Origin: Antedon mediterranea
Taxonomy: Eukaryota; Animalia; Echinodermata
Direction: 5' to 3'
Assembly (NCBI RefSeq): GCF_964355755.1
Contig: NC_092673.1
Span: forward strand, 26,595,648-26,659,647
Length of the DNA: 64,000 nucleotides
In this document: positions 38,201-53,200 of the stretch, in pieces
Numbering within the stretch: position 1 is the first letter of the stretch
Layout: each line of letters starts with the position of its first letter
Translations under genes and position numbers: made by a program
Notes under the pieces: model-generated
Told to the model about the DNA's origin: nothing
The model's database searches: none
The model's input: the letters and a program-made list of their open reading frames with translations, nothing else

Positions 38201-41200
38201 AATAGGTACATCTGATTGATCTTGCCGACAGATAAAATCTTTGAATTTCTTACAACTTTGTGGCTCTGGCGCGGAGCGCAAAATAGTTTCCCCAAATTGT
38301 TTTTACTTGATTCATAAATATTATTATCTAAACTTTAGATTGATGACTTTTTTATTTTATAAAAATTCGTCGCACATGAAAAAAAACGCGTTTGTTTTTA
38401 CCCTACTTTTTAAGAGTTTTATATATGCTAATTAGTAATTAATTAGTCAAAATCTTAAAATTTCATCAAATTTTTTTAAACTTTACTAAACTTATTGTCA
38501 AGATGCTAGTTAACGTAAGTGTAAAATATTAAAACGCTACGTTGCTACGTTTGGCTTCCAGAGGCTGTTAAACTTAATGTAAATTATACACCAAAAATTA
38601 ACAAAATTGGCCGAAAATCGTTATTTTTCGATTTTCTCGAAAACTAAGCGATATTTTACCAAACAATCTACACATCAGGTTTACTTACATCAAGGTCTAC
38701 CAATGTGCAAAATATGAGCCAATTCGAAATTTTGACCCTTGCCACCTAATGTTTGATTTTTAGTGACTGGCTCTCTTAATTATTTATTTACTTAGTTTTT
38801 ATTTGTAACTTTCAAACTTTCATAATACATCCTTTTAACTGTGACTGGTATATACTGTACATACTAAAAACACTAAATAAATGTGTTCTTACTTATCATT
38901 CTTTCAATCTGCATGGTGGCGAGTCTGTCTCCAGTTGAGTCAAAAGCAACAGTACCCTGTGACAACAAATCAGTAAACATCAACATTTATTCAATCATTC
39001 CATTTGTATAGCGCCATTTAGTGATGTAGCCACAAGAAATAAAGTGGTGGGTTTTACGCAAGAAAAGGAAAAGCCACTAGGTTGTCAAAGGCTCCTGTCA
39101 AAAAGTGGTCCGGTTGTTGGAACCTTACCAACCGTACTGGTTGAAGCCGATTCAACTTCCAAAAAAAAAATTGCTGGTTCAAATTTTAAAAAAAATTGAT
39201 GATTTTAACAATTTTTAATGTTGATTTGTACCCCCTAAAATCGTTGATAAAATCGTATGTTAATGGGTGCATAATTTATATATATATTACAAAAGGGGGG
39301 CCGGGGCAAAACTAATGTATGCAACCATCACCTTGGAAGGCAAATATAATAATGTGCTCCTCAATAAATACAACAGAAACACAACGAAAAAAAAATTACA
39401 GTAAAAGCTACAGTTATAGATCACATATTTCTATTTAGACTGAGGCAAAAAAAATAATAGTATTGTTGTATTAATGTTTCTAAAAGTTTGTTGTTAGTGT
39501 CCTCACGTTTTACAAACAATATTCAAAAATTATGATGGATGAAAAGCTTTTTAACATTTTGTACAATTCCATTTACTCAAATTAAATTTTCGACATTTTT
39601 CAAAAACAATGGTACTAAAGGGGATAAATTTATCAATAATTTTAAACATCAAAAGGCATCAAGCGTTGATTTATAAAGCAAATTCTTACAACTGTCAGCT
39701 TAAGAAAAAAAGATAATTGTCACATATATCAAACTCATCTTTTACGGCAGGTTTTCATCAATAATTTAAATTAAAATATAGGATATTTATCATTTTTATT
39801 GTCCAAGAGAAATTAGTAACAATGGGTGGCTGTACAAATTGGATAGGCAAGAATTATTACCATGGGAACATGTCTGTTGGTATGTATGTCATTCTTGATC
39901 AGAAAACAAAATTACCATACGTGCAAAAAACCTACAAATGATGATTTACACGTTAATTTATTAACTGACTTTCCAAGATGACTTCTACCACAATTCGAAA
40001 AAAACCTAAATTCTTCCCAGTTTTATAGAGACATTGAAATTGGCAATGTAAGGATTATGTCAAAATTATACTACTGCAGTTACTGCAGTATCAACAACAT
40101 TTAACCTGTTATTAAGTTATTTTGCAAGGCTTTTTTTAGGTAATTACATGTCTGTTTATTGCAGTGATTGGCTCATAAACTCAAATCCTTAAACATTATT
40201 ATTTTTTCCGCAATACAATTTATTAGTACGACGTACCCTGCATGTTTGTCCCTTTTGTTGTGTTTGTAGCATAATATTGGACAATTTTTTTTCTTATATT
40301 TTATATTATTATTCTTATTGTCCGATCTTTTTAATAAATTTATTTATTTATAGTTTGTTGATACAATTAGTAGTAATTTAACTTAAGGCTTTCTGAGCTT
40401 ATTTGGCGTTCCTCGGGGCTTTGCATCTTATTAATTTAATAATTTAAATAATAATCTGTATTTGATGGATTGTAAAATAAAAACAAAAGAATGAACGGGA
40501 CACTATACTGGCGCTTCTATATTGTATATACAGTATGTATACTGGTTTGTAACAAATGATTGTTTTTTGTCCAAAACAAAATGGTATTAATTGTGTGTAG
40601 GTAATTCAATCACAAATACCTAAAAAACCATCACTTGAAAATCAGTTTTATCATAAAATAAATACGCATATAACTAGATTTCCACCAAAGACCATAATCA
40701 AATATTCTCCTAATAGAAGCTTGAAAAAAATCCTCTAAGAGAAAAAAAGATGTTACTTTAAAAAAAAATCAATATGTGATTTATTTTCAGATTATCAACT
40801 AAATTGATGATTACGAATTATCATATTACAAGCTGTCATTATATTTAAAAATACATCCCCAAAGACCATGAAATATTTTCTGTTAGAGAAAAAAAAATTA
40901 AAAGTTTACCGAAAGCCCCTTAAATCTTGAAGAGTTGAGCGCCGTGTAGATCTCGTCAGCAACATCTTTATTACCGTATGTATAGCTCTCAAGGCTTAGT
41001 CCCCGCTCTGCTAGCTTGTTTGATGTCCTACGAAGAGGGAATAACAAAGAGATTGGTAATCCAGAATAACGTATAACTCAACGCTATTATCCTGATGGAA
41101 TGTTTGACATGAAGCGGAGTATTAACGAAAATTGTAGAACACAAGATAAACGTTAATGCTATTCTCATTATACTAAATCTTACCATTTTCATCACAAACA

Positions 41201-44200
41201 ACAAACTATGACTCAATCTACGCACGCTGGGTATTCATTTCCCTTATAGTTCAACGACCTGACTAACATTTTGTCAAATTTAAATCATTGACACATTTTA
41301 CATATTGAAATATTAAAGACTTTCATATATGCCTACTGTATATAAATATTATTAGAAATTCAAAGTGATGCGCTACCTCGCTTGAAATGAGAAAAAAATA
41401 TATATTCAGTTTTTGCGGATAAAGGTCATTTTAATATCCAAATTCTTTAAATTCCTGACAGCCAATTTAAGAATTAATGCATTTTTGGCTACCGTATACT
41501 GTATTTTTATATTTTCTATATTAATACTAAAAGTCGGTAATATCCATCTGTATATATATACAGTAAGTATATTTATATTGTATAAAAAAATAAATTTGTA
41601 TAGCAGATTATCAGTAGCAAATCTATAATTTGGCGAAGGAATATTCTAGAATACAGTATCACATATGATGACTGTATCATAGTTCATAGCCTAACCTTAT
41701 AGTACAGTGGTGTCACATGTGATACATATGTGAGACTGTATACTGAATTTGCCTATGGATGTATAGATACAGCATCGAGTATAAGATTTTAAATCAGAAT
41801 TTGTGGAAACAATTGTGCCCAATTTAATATTTAAATATTTAATATATATAAAAATTAAAATAATTTACATTTACAGTATGTGTAATATCTAAATATCTAA
41901 CAATATATTTGTGTAGCATATGAGCTAATTTCTACACTAAGTGAATTGTCAGATCGTATTAAATTTGAATTCATCAGCTAAAACGAAGTTGTCACATTAT
42001 ACATAAAAACGTAGTATGTTTTTTGTGCAGAGTGTTACATATTATTGATTAAACAATGTATACTTATTGTTTAAATGTTTGTATGGTGAATATTAAATAC
42101 TACTGTAATATAGGGGTGTGTAAATGATGCATTTCCAAATGTAAACAAGTTGAAAGTAAAGACAGATTTTGAAAATGTTTTGTTGATTGGTAAAACATGG
42201 AAATAGCCTCAATGTAATAAGGCTTGTACACATTAGAGTTATGTTCACCATGAAAAAGAACATACTCTACAATTGAAAGCTCTGTCTACACTATCAAACT
42301 ATAGTTGGACAAAAAAAGTGTGATGATATGAAATCATCATGTCTATATATGGGCACATCACATTTTTTTGATAGTGTAGGCAAGGCTTAAGAATAGAATG
42401 ATACAGCATTTCTTACTTGTTCAGAGCCATTGCAATTGACCACACTGCATCATAACTAAGAGGCGATTCTGGGTAACCAGACACATCTGATGGATTCTTG
42501 TTGCCAAGAGCAACTGACATACGCTCTTTAAACATTTCTGCATTCTGAAAATTGAAAAATATATTTTGAATCCATTATTATAGATTTTCATTTTAAAAAT
42601 TTCATTATATTACTAAATTAAATGTGAACAGTATATTGATGTAGAAGAGGAACGTTACAGGAATTGTTGATGAGTCCAAATGTGTCAATTAAAGTTACTT
42701 CCTCGTATATGCATTTCTATTTTTTTTAGGTATATGCTTACAGTATGTTCGTTCTCAGTTCTACGGCCTGAGTTCTCAGGAAGTTTGGTGACTTAAACTT
42801 TAACCTTACCATGCCAGATATAGAGGGCGTTGGGTCAGGACTAAGCATCATCCCCTCAGTTGTAAAATGGTTCTCTAATGCCGTCTTCAGCTGTTCAGCG
42901 GTGCAGTTAATGTTCGGGTCATTCTGCGCATACCAGTTATCAGGGTACCAACCAATCAGAAACCACACTACCTTAGGCCCATATAACTTCCTTTTATATA
43001 CCTAGAGAGCAAAGATATTCCAATATTTAATTAGAATTATATTTTCATGAATGATAGAGTCAAAATAGGTTTACAAGAAATAAAATAATATTGTTTGTTT
43101 TCATTTTTCAAACTTTGCCAATAGACAGGCCAGCCTATATACTTATGCCCGTATTCTTAAACCAAACTTTAGTCGTAGTTCGAGCTAAAACTTCAAAAAT
43201 GACGTCATTTTAATTCATAAACCGAACTTCAACTAAATCACCGACTAAATCAGGGCAACCTCGACTAAATCGAGACGGATTTTGATCGATTTTTTTAGTT
43301 CTGGAGGGGGCAGGCTAAATGGTCGACTAAATGGATGTTTATAAAAAACGTAACAGTCATTGAGTTGTTATATTTGCCAGATATTGAAGAATGAAATATC
43401 TATATTTATATTAGCTTAATTAAATATACATTGGTATAAGTTATAATAATGAAAATCATCTTTATTTACAACTGTATACAAATTACATTATTTTCTTCGC
43501 GCAAGTCCGACTTGAACTACGTCACGCCATAGCGACAATGGGAGAAGCGGCAATTCACCACGTGATGGAATGTTTAGGGGGCCACGCTATGAAGTGCGTG
43601 GTTCGTCGCGAGCATACTTTGTTGGAAGCCTAGAAAATATGAAAGTTACTGTACCGCCATGGTTCCTAAATATATTTTAAAGATTTTGTTTGTTGTTAAT
43701 CAAAAGTACTTCACTGTTAAATTAATACTGATCTTGTTCTAATAATTAACGATTAAAATTATTTTTCATGTATATAGTCCTGATGCGTAAAAAGTAAGAA
43801 AATGGAAAGTGATATCAATGCGCAAAATTTCGTCTGCTCCTCAAATACTCTTTTGTCATTTACCAATGTTTAGCCTTTGTTACCCAGACGTGTGCAACTC
43901 GACTAAAAGCTCGACTTCATAAAGTCGAACTGCAAACTTCGACTACTTCGTTTTTTAATCGAATTTGAAGTAATAGCTCGAACTACGACTTTTTCAAGTC
44001 AAACTTCGAACTACGACTAAAGTCCGGTTTAAGAATACGGGCGTTAGAACAATACAAGTTAATACAGTATTCAAAACAACATAATTTTCATAATATTTTT
44101 TTTGTTATTTTGGTTTTTTTTGTTCGATCTTTCTGAGACAGGCTCTCTAAGTTTCATCCAAATTAATTACATTTTTATTTGTTTATATTGTTTATTGTTA

Positions 44201-47200
44201 AAGTTTTCATAATTGAATTGAAAATTTGTTTACCTCACAGAATACTTTGCGCGCCATTCCAACATAGAATACGCCAACAATGATTCTCGCGTCTTCCCGA
44301 AAAAGATCATCAACAGCGTTGTCGGGGTCGGTTAGAAAACTTTGACGGCTTACAATCTCAATGTTAGCTTTCTTTGCTCTTTTCTCTAAATCCTCAATTG
44401 TCTTAGAAAAAAAAATATTTGAAACATTAAACATTTGTTTTGTTGTATTTTGTACAAAAAAATACAAAATTCAACTACTTACAAGGAAAAAAACTCATTA
44501 ATGACTAATTTGTAAAAATTGAGATTTATTGTAATTTATGACCCTGTAACTTATTAACGTATATATTGAAAACTGGTGAAAACCCATTAATTTAAAGAAA
44601 TAAATGAGTGAAGAAACTCATTAATTATCTATGAGTATTTTATTCAAATTTCTATGAATGAAATCTGATATTATCCCGTTAAAGTGAGATTTATTTTGAC
44701 CTGGTTCATTTCCTGCTCACTTGTTGACAAGGTAATTGAAATACTCCTAACTACGCATTTCAAATCACAGGTATTAACGTAAATTGTACAAACGAGGCAG
44801 TGAGTGAAACACTGGTTAATCATGCTTCCAGGATTTAAACATAAATGGATGATGTCGATATGATGGCGTTACGTTTAAACTGACACTAGAAATGACCTAC
44901 AACTCGATTCTTTCTTTTTTCAAAAACATGAAGCAAGCAACATTCTGTCCGTGAGCAATGACATTATTTAATGAAACCAAATAGATTGAAATGCCTATAA
45001 AATAGTACATGTGATAACATTACATGCATTCAAGCATTAAATACAAAAGTAGATGGTTTTATGGAAAATTGTTTCAACCTTGCTATAGTTTTTATTAAAA
45101 AGAATATCAGATTGTTTGTAGTAAATGATAGGTAATTAAAGCTGCTATAGGCTTATTGTGAGTGGATGTAAATGTAATCATAATCACAAAATTGTTTTAA
45201 CTGAGGCTGACTAAATTCCACTCCATTAATTCTTTTAGCTATATAGATTCTTCTAAATAATTTCAGGCCATTCTGAAGACATCTCCAACTGAAGAGCACT
45301 TAAACTAAAGACTGCCCCACCTCCAACTGAAGATCACTCAAACTAAGACCATCCCACCTCCAACTGAAGACCACTCAAACTAAGACCATCCCACCTCCAA
45401 CTGAAGACCACTCAAACTAAGACCATCCCACCTCCAACTGAAGACCACTTAAACTAAGACCATCCCACCTCCAACTGAAGACCACTCAAACTAAGACCAT
45501 CCCACCTCCAACTGAAGACCACTCAAACTAAGACCATCCCACCTCCAACTGAAGACCACTTAAACTAAGACTATCCCACCTCCAACTGAAGACCACTCAA
45601 ACTAAGACCATCCCACCTCCAACTGAAGACCACTCAAACTAAGACCATACCACCTCCAACTGAAGACCACTTAAACTAAGACCATCCCACCTCCAACTGA
45701 AGACCACTCAAACTAAGACCAACCCACCTCCAACTGAAGACCACTCAAACTAAGACCAACCCACCTCCAACTGAAGACCACTTAAACTAAGACCAACCCA
45801 CCTCCAACTGAAGACCACTCAAACTAAGACCATCCCACCTCCATCTGAAGACCACTCAAACTAAGACCATCCCATCTCCAACTGAAGACCACTTAAACTA
45901 AGTGTGAGCAATGACATTATTTAATGAAACCAAATATATTGAAATGCCTATAAAATAGTACATGTGATAACATTACATGCATTCAAGCATTAAATACAAA
46001 AGTAGATGGTTTTATGGAAAATTGTTTCAACCTTGCTATAGTTTTTATTAAAAAGAATATCAGATTGTTTGTAGTAAATGATAGGTAATTAAAGCTGATA
46101 TAGGCCTATTGTGAGTGGATGTAAATGTAATCATAATCACAAAATTGTTTTAACTGAGGCTGACTAAATTCCACTCCAACTAATTCTTTTAGCTATATAG
46201 ATTCTTCTAAATAATTTCAGGCCATTCTAACTGAAGACATCTCCAACTGAAGAGCACTTAAACTAAAGACTGCCCCACCTCCAACTGAAGACCACTCAAA
46301 CTAAGACCATCCCACCTCCAACTGAAGACCACTCAAACTAAGACCATCCCACCTCCAACTGAAGACCACTCAAACTAAGATCATCCCACCTCCAACTGAA
46401 GACCACTTAAACTAAGACCATCCCACCTCCAACTGAAGACCACTTAAACTAAGACCATCCCACCTCCAACTGAAGACCACTCAAACTAAGACATTTCCCA
46501 CCTCCAACTGAAGACCACTTAAGCTAAGACCATCCCACCTCCAACTGAAGACCACTTAAACTAAGACCATCCCATCTCCAACTGAAGACCACTTAAACTA
46601 AGACCATCCCACCTCCAACTGAAGACCACTCAAACTAAGACCATCCCACCTCCAACTGAAGACCACTTAAACTAAGACCATCCCACCTCCAACTGAAGAC
46701 CACTTAAACTAAGACCATCCCACCTCCAACTGAAGACCACTCAAACTAAGACATTTCCCACCTCCAACTGAAGACCACTTAAACTAAGACCATCCCACCT
46801 CCAACTGAAGACCACTTAAACTAAGACCATCCCACCTCCAACTGAAGACCACTTAAACTAAGACCATCCCACCTCCAACTGAAGACCACTCAAACTAAGA
46901 CCATCCCACCTCCAACTGAAGACCACTTAAACTAAGACCATCCCACCTCCAACTGAAGACCACTTAAACTAAGACCATCCCACCTCCAACTGAAGACCAC
47001 TCAAACTAAGACCATCCCACCTCCAACTGAAGACCACTTAAACTAAGACCATCCCATCTCCAACTGAAGACCACTTAAACTAAGACCATCCCATCTCCAA
47101 CTGAAGACCACTTAAACTAAGACCATCCCACCTCCAACTGAAGACCACTCAAACTAAGACCATCCCACCTCCAACTGAAGACCACTTAAACTAAGACATT

Positions 47201-50200
47201 TCCCACCTCCAACTGAAGACCACTTAAACTAAGACCATCCCACCTCCAACTGAAGACCATTTAAACTAAGACCATCCCACCTCCAACTGAAGACCACTTA
47301 AACTAAGGGCATCCCACCTCCAGCTTGTCATAGGTTACAAAATAAAACACAAAGAACATGTTTTACATAGAAGTCAGCCTTGACTTGCTTTTGATATAAA
47401 AGAGTAATACGAAACAAATATACTTTTTATACATAATGTATAACATTTTCATGTGCATTTGTGACATACTTTTTAAGAGCTATTTGCAGTAATAAGAGTT
47501 TGTAATGTACCCAGATAAAATGAGACATAATAACAATATGTTCCTTCATCTAATGGCATATGCAGTTTATACTAAAAAATAATGTAGGTAATATTTGTTT
47601 GATCATTTGATCATGGTTTACAGAGAATTGATGAAAGATAATAAATGTTTTTAAATGATTTTTTTTTAACTTGAACATTGGGAAATTATTATCTACAAAA
47701 TGACTTTAAAATGTCAATAAAGAAAACATATACTATAAAGTTGAAACAAATAAATTGTTCAACAATTTTTCTTTCTATTACCACCAAAAATGTATGTTCC
47801 TATAGCAACCATTAAATGTTGTTTTACATTAGTAAAGCAATTTTGTAGATGATTTGAGATTAGATATCAATTATTCTACTTCAGTTACTCAAATAACTAT
47901 ATTTTTTTACTATTTGAACTTGGTTCCAAATTGTCCAATCACAGTGTGATGTATTCTCCAAACTGTTGCTTGTGATTGGTCCCAACTCACTTCTATTGTA
48001 CTGTACTTATGTCATTGCCCAGGGTCTAAGTGAGAACCATGGAGAAATAAGTTCATTTCCCCCTGTGAGAACCAAACTTGAGTTTGTTTAAACTATCAGT
48101 CACTGCAACAAATAGTGTGTGGCCAAAAAAATTTTTATTGCATTAACATATTCAAGAAAAACAAAACTGATTATATTACTGGAGTAGCTGCAGTAAAATA
48201 GTTTTGACATGGTTCCTTACTGAAGTAAAAACCTCTTGGGTTTCTTGTAATACTGCTATTTTCTTCCAATTAAACTCTTGACACAATTTGATTCTTGCAG
48301 GATTGTTGAGGGTTGCTGAAGGATGAGTTCGGAAAAATGTCGGGAATCTTTGACGGTTAGACAAAGCTGGAGAACTTGAACCATATGAGACCTGTAGAAA
48401 TAATCATACAATTTATTCACAAGTTTATTCAGGTATTAATACAAAACATTCAGCATGATGAGATACAATAACACAATTCAACAAAAGCAAATAATATAGA
48501 TTGATTGATTGATTGATTTTTAAAATGTTATTTCTAATTTTAGGCTGTATGTCAAAACTACAATTGTAGTTTTTTACTCGTGGCGGAGGTTGAAAATCTC
48601 TAATTGTTCTTGGTAGTATCTTCTTTAATCTACAAAACATAACTAAATTATTATTAAATCCAACAAATTTCTTGAATTTTCCATTTAATTGCTGCTGGTA
48701 TCGTGGACTTAAATCTTACAGTTAATTTAAACTACTACTGTATATGTTTTTTTAAATTTATTACGGTATATATAAAATTACAAAAACAATAGCACATGGC
48801 TAATAACGTTTGTATTACAATAAAAAATATTGAAATGAAATCTATAAAAATACAAGAACTTTATTGAACATTACAATCATCTTCATCAGTCTATTTGACA
48901 GAACACATTTTCTAAAAGTACAGTACCTTCCGAATTGCTATAACTTTAAAAAAACATCTAAATCAGCATCATGAAAATGACCTTTCATCAACCTCAATTA
49001 GATGGACTGTAAACATGTAGTTAGTACAATTGATATAGTAACAACCTATTACAGTATACTTGAAAGCGTATGCATTGAATTAGCAACCTTGTATTATGCC
49101 AATTTATAATACAAAGTAGATGATTTTATGGAAATTGTTTACACCTTGGTTGTGTATTTTTAAAAGAAAATTACAATATTACTTTAAGATTTTCTTTCTG
49201 TAGTAGCAGCAAATGGGTTTCTAGATTGCCAATTAAGTTGATAGATTGTCAGTAGCTATAATATGAAAATATTTATTATAAAATCAAAATACAATCAACA
49301 TTGAATACAAAGAAGAGAAGTTTTTTTTTTAGAACCAGTACATTTTCGCACATGCAGCATCAATATCAATATAACAAATACAAACTAGTTGACATCAGGA
49401 AGCTAAGCTGATTGGTCAGAAGTTTTTCCAGATGTTCAATATTGATTGGTCAGATGTCGATGCCTTACTCTGACGTACAGACCAGAATTAAAATAAATAT
49501 CCTTAAAGTTCAGACACAAAGGGAAGCATTTACATTACAACTGAAGATTTGGCTATGTGTACAAAGACATCCGTCAATACTTAAAAGCCATTGACCATAT
49601 ATTGTGGAATATTCCTTAGCCACCATTAAAACTCTCATAAATCCCAAACTAAGCTTCAGCATCAGCAACTCATAATTCGTATCTTCTAACTAATTCAGAT
49701 TGTACAAACGTCTAACTCTTGGGACCAATATCTCTAAATTGTTTTTATTCACAGGAGAAAAGTTACCATATCCTGTTGTTTTAAACCGTAAGAGTTTGAA
49801 GAAAAACTCATTTATTTCCGTAACTATCAGCAGGATATCTAGGCTGGTATTTTCAAATGCAAATGAATATCATCATTACACAGAAAAATGAAACATTAAC
49901 TCTACTAGAATAACTAAACTAGTTTTATATTCTTCGTAAACAGCAAATAGGCCTACTTTTATTGAGATTCAGAAAGTCAGGAAGCGGACATCGGCAAACC
50001 TTATTTTGCCTTGCACCTGCATTCCACTTGGACACACGACGACATACACCAAACTCAAGTGAGTCGATCAAGGGACAGCTTAAGTGGTCTATTGTGATTG
50101 CTTGCACTTACAGTACATCTAGTTTTGTCCAAGTGGAAACCAAAGTGTTACATCTACAGTATACAAAACCTATTGTATTTTTAGCTATTCAACATTATAT

Positions 50201-53200
50201 ATTTCAATTATAATGATAGGTAATTACAAATTTAAAAAGTACTTACTATGGAACGTTTGGGAAACCTTGTAGTAATTACATTTTTAATTTGTATTTAGAT
50301 CGTTATAATTGGATAAACAAGAAAGAAAATTCACCCCTATGTATATTCAAATGAAATTATTTCAAGGTTTATTCAAAATTTGTTTCATACAGAATTTTAA
50401 AATAAGAGGCCTGGGATCCTATAAATTGTTAAAATATAAATAGTTTAACTAACCTGATGTTCTAGCTTTTTGTTATTTTTCTAATTTGTGGGGAAACCTA
50501 TTCAATTTCTACTGCAAGTATTGTGCATTATATTATATCTTAATCAGTTATTTCTATGCATCAGAAAAAAAAATCTATCTTGAAATGAAAATCATCATAT
50601 AGTTACTAATTGAAGAATATTTAATAAATAATTTATTGGATGATAAATAAATGTTTTTCTGAATTTCAAATTAAGGATATATGAGCACAAATCCATCTTA
50701 CACGACTTCAATTAAGGTTTTCATGTTTCCAATTTATGTCAAATCAGTAGGTTTATAAATGTATACTCATTTATGGCATTATGGTTCAGAACTGGATTGA
50801 GGCCTGTTCACACTGATATATGATATGATAAACATGTCAAAAGGAGGTTTCACACACGACAAGTTGGCCTGATGAATTGGAAAAAAATCTTTTTCACATA
50901 CATTTTTTACTATTTATGTATGTTGCTACATTTAAACATGTCAAATTATTGATTGCTATCATTTCACACAGAATGCTGTTTCTGTACTACTGTAGAAGTA
51001 GATATAGGCCTGAGAAATACGAGGACACATGAGGGAGCTTTCGGAGGAGCATGTAAATATTTCTTGAACGCTTTCTACCTTTCCCAAAATCAAATCGAAC
51101 AAGTACGCTTGCTGAACTACATTGTTTATGCCAATGAGTAGAATGTCATTATTTAAGTTAATGTTTACGTGGTCCAGCGAAAGCTCCCTATTGTCTTATA
51201 CCCCTTTACTATAAATTAGATTTAATCATGAAAACTGCTTTAAATACATGCTACGGCAGTTAGACACCTTTTTAGAAACAACTCTGTTAAGGGGACACTT
51301 TGTTGGGTCAATAAACTTAACCATAAAAAACAAATGATACTATGACTGTATTTTGTTTTGAATGTTAGCAAGTAGTTAATCATGACTTCTTTAACGCAGG
51401 CATAATACATCAATTTATAATGGCAATCCAATTAAGACTTTAAGTAGACCTACTAATCAGATTACCAGTTCAGCTTCATATAAGAATTGATTTTCAGATA
51501 ATATTTTAAGTTGTATTGTTTTGAAGGCTGTGAGCTGATTGTCAGCTAAGCTAGTTCATGTTTGACGCAATTTGATTACCATTGATCGTTGAGGTTGAAA
51601 TATTTTATGAGTCTTTCAAATCTGTCCGCATCTGGATGTCGTACGTGCCTATAATCTATCTGGTTATGGATCTTGAGGGCTGTTGCCGGTTTCGCAAATT
51701 TCATTAATCAGAAGAAGATCCTGTGTGTTAAAAACTGCAGATTACAGATATTAAAGGTCATTTGAATATAAGTGACAAAGACTAAGATGTCATCATTAAT
51801 GAAATCCGATGTCTGACACGCAATTCAATTCATATCAATAAAGACAATTGTAAAAGGCTACTGTATTTGAAAAAAACAACTTGATTTAATAATGGGAAAT
51901 AGCAAATTAGCAAATATATTTAGAAACGTAGGAATGTTGCCTTACTGATGTAAAAATGTTACAGTAAAGCTATTTGAATTCCAAAGACTTTTTTCTAGAC
52001 TTGATTAATTTTTTTTAATGAATAAATTCAACTAAATGTTGTTGTTAAACTCTATAAATATACTTATTATTTATTTTTTAAAAGGGGGACAATGAGGAGA
52101 AATCTCTTCAAAAAAGAAATGGCACGGCTCTAATACTCCTATCTTTACTGCATTGCTAAACAGAGTAAAAATCTGCAGTTTTATCATGTAGAATAGATAT
52201 TTTAAAAGACAATTGTATATCTCTCAGAGTAGTTTTAAGTCAAGATCAAGTTTCTTTTTTGCACAATATCATCATTATCCTTTATTGACTTATGAATATG
52301 TGTATTAAGCTGGAGACATGATTTCATATTATTATAGGGTTACACAATAATCCTCCAGTATAATTATAAAGATCTGTTTACACTATCAAGCTTAATGTAA
52401 CAACAACATGTGATGTGCCCATATATGGACATGATGATGTCATACCACTACCATATTTGGGCACATCACTACCATATTTGGGCACATCACTACCATATTT
52501 GGGCAAATCACACTAGTTTGATAATTGTGCTAGGAATGCTTTAGCTTGAAATAATACCTAGATGTAATCACACTTTTTTTTGTCAAACTAGTTTGATAGT
52601 GTAGAGTTTTACATTGTGCTAGGAATGCTTTAGCTTGAAATGATACCTAAATGTATTGTTTCACGTTCCATAGCAATGGATACAGAAAGCAATCAGGAAG
52701 TGAGACCTCAATCAACAAAAGCAGATTTGTATTATATCGCAAGCATCTCTTGAGAGTTACAGTATCAGTATAATAGCTATAAAAACCAATACAAAGGAAC
52801 TTTATCGTTGTTAAATTTGCATTTCAACCAGCTCGACGTTACCAAACTCAACTGTAAGAAATATCAAGGGATTTATTTCGTATTAAAATTGAAATTCCGG
52901 TTTTACCTTTCAGTTATTGAATATGTATACTAAAGAAGAAGAGAGTCAAATACAGTATCATGAAATGTAAATTAAAACGAAAGATATCTGGCTTGTAAAT
53001 GTTTTCTTTTGAAATGTACAGTATTTTTTACAAGTTACTGCAAACATAGCTTGTTTAGGACACCTGATGTTGGGTGTCTATGGAAAGCAATCGCAGCCAA
53101 AAATAGTTTTACTGTACAGCAGAATCCATATTAAGGGCAATTCGTACCTTTGAGGCCAAACAAAGTGAACCTCCTAACAGGTGTATCCCATGTTTAACCT

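Noticed and set aside
45284-47320. CTGAAGA in every 37-bp unit as a hammerhead core
   Set aside because: No stem II and no GAAA partner.
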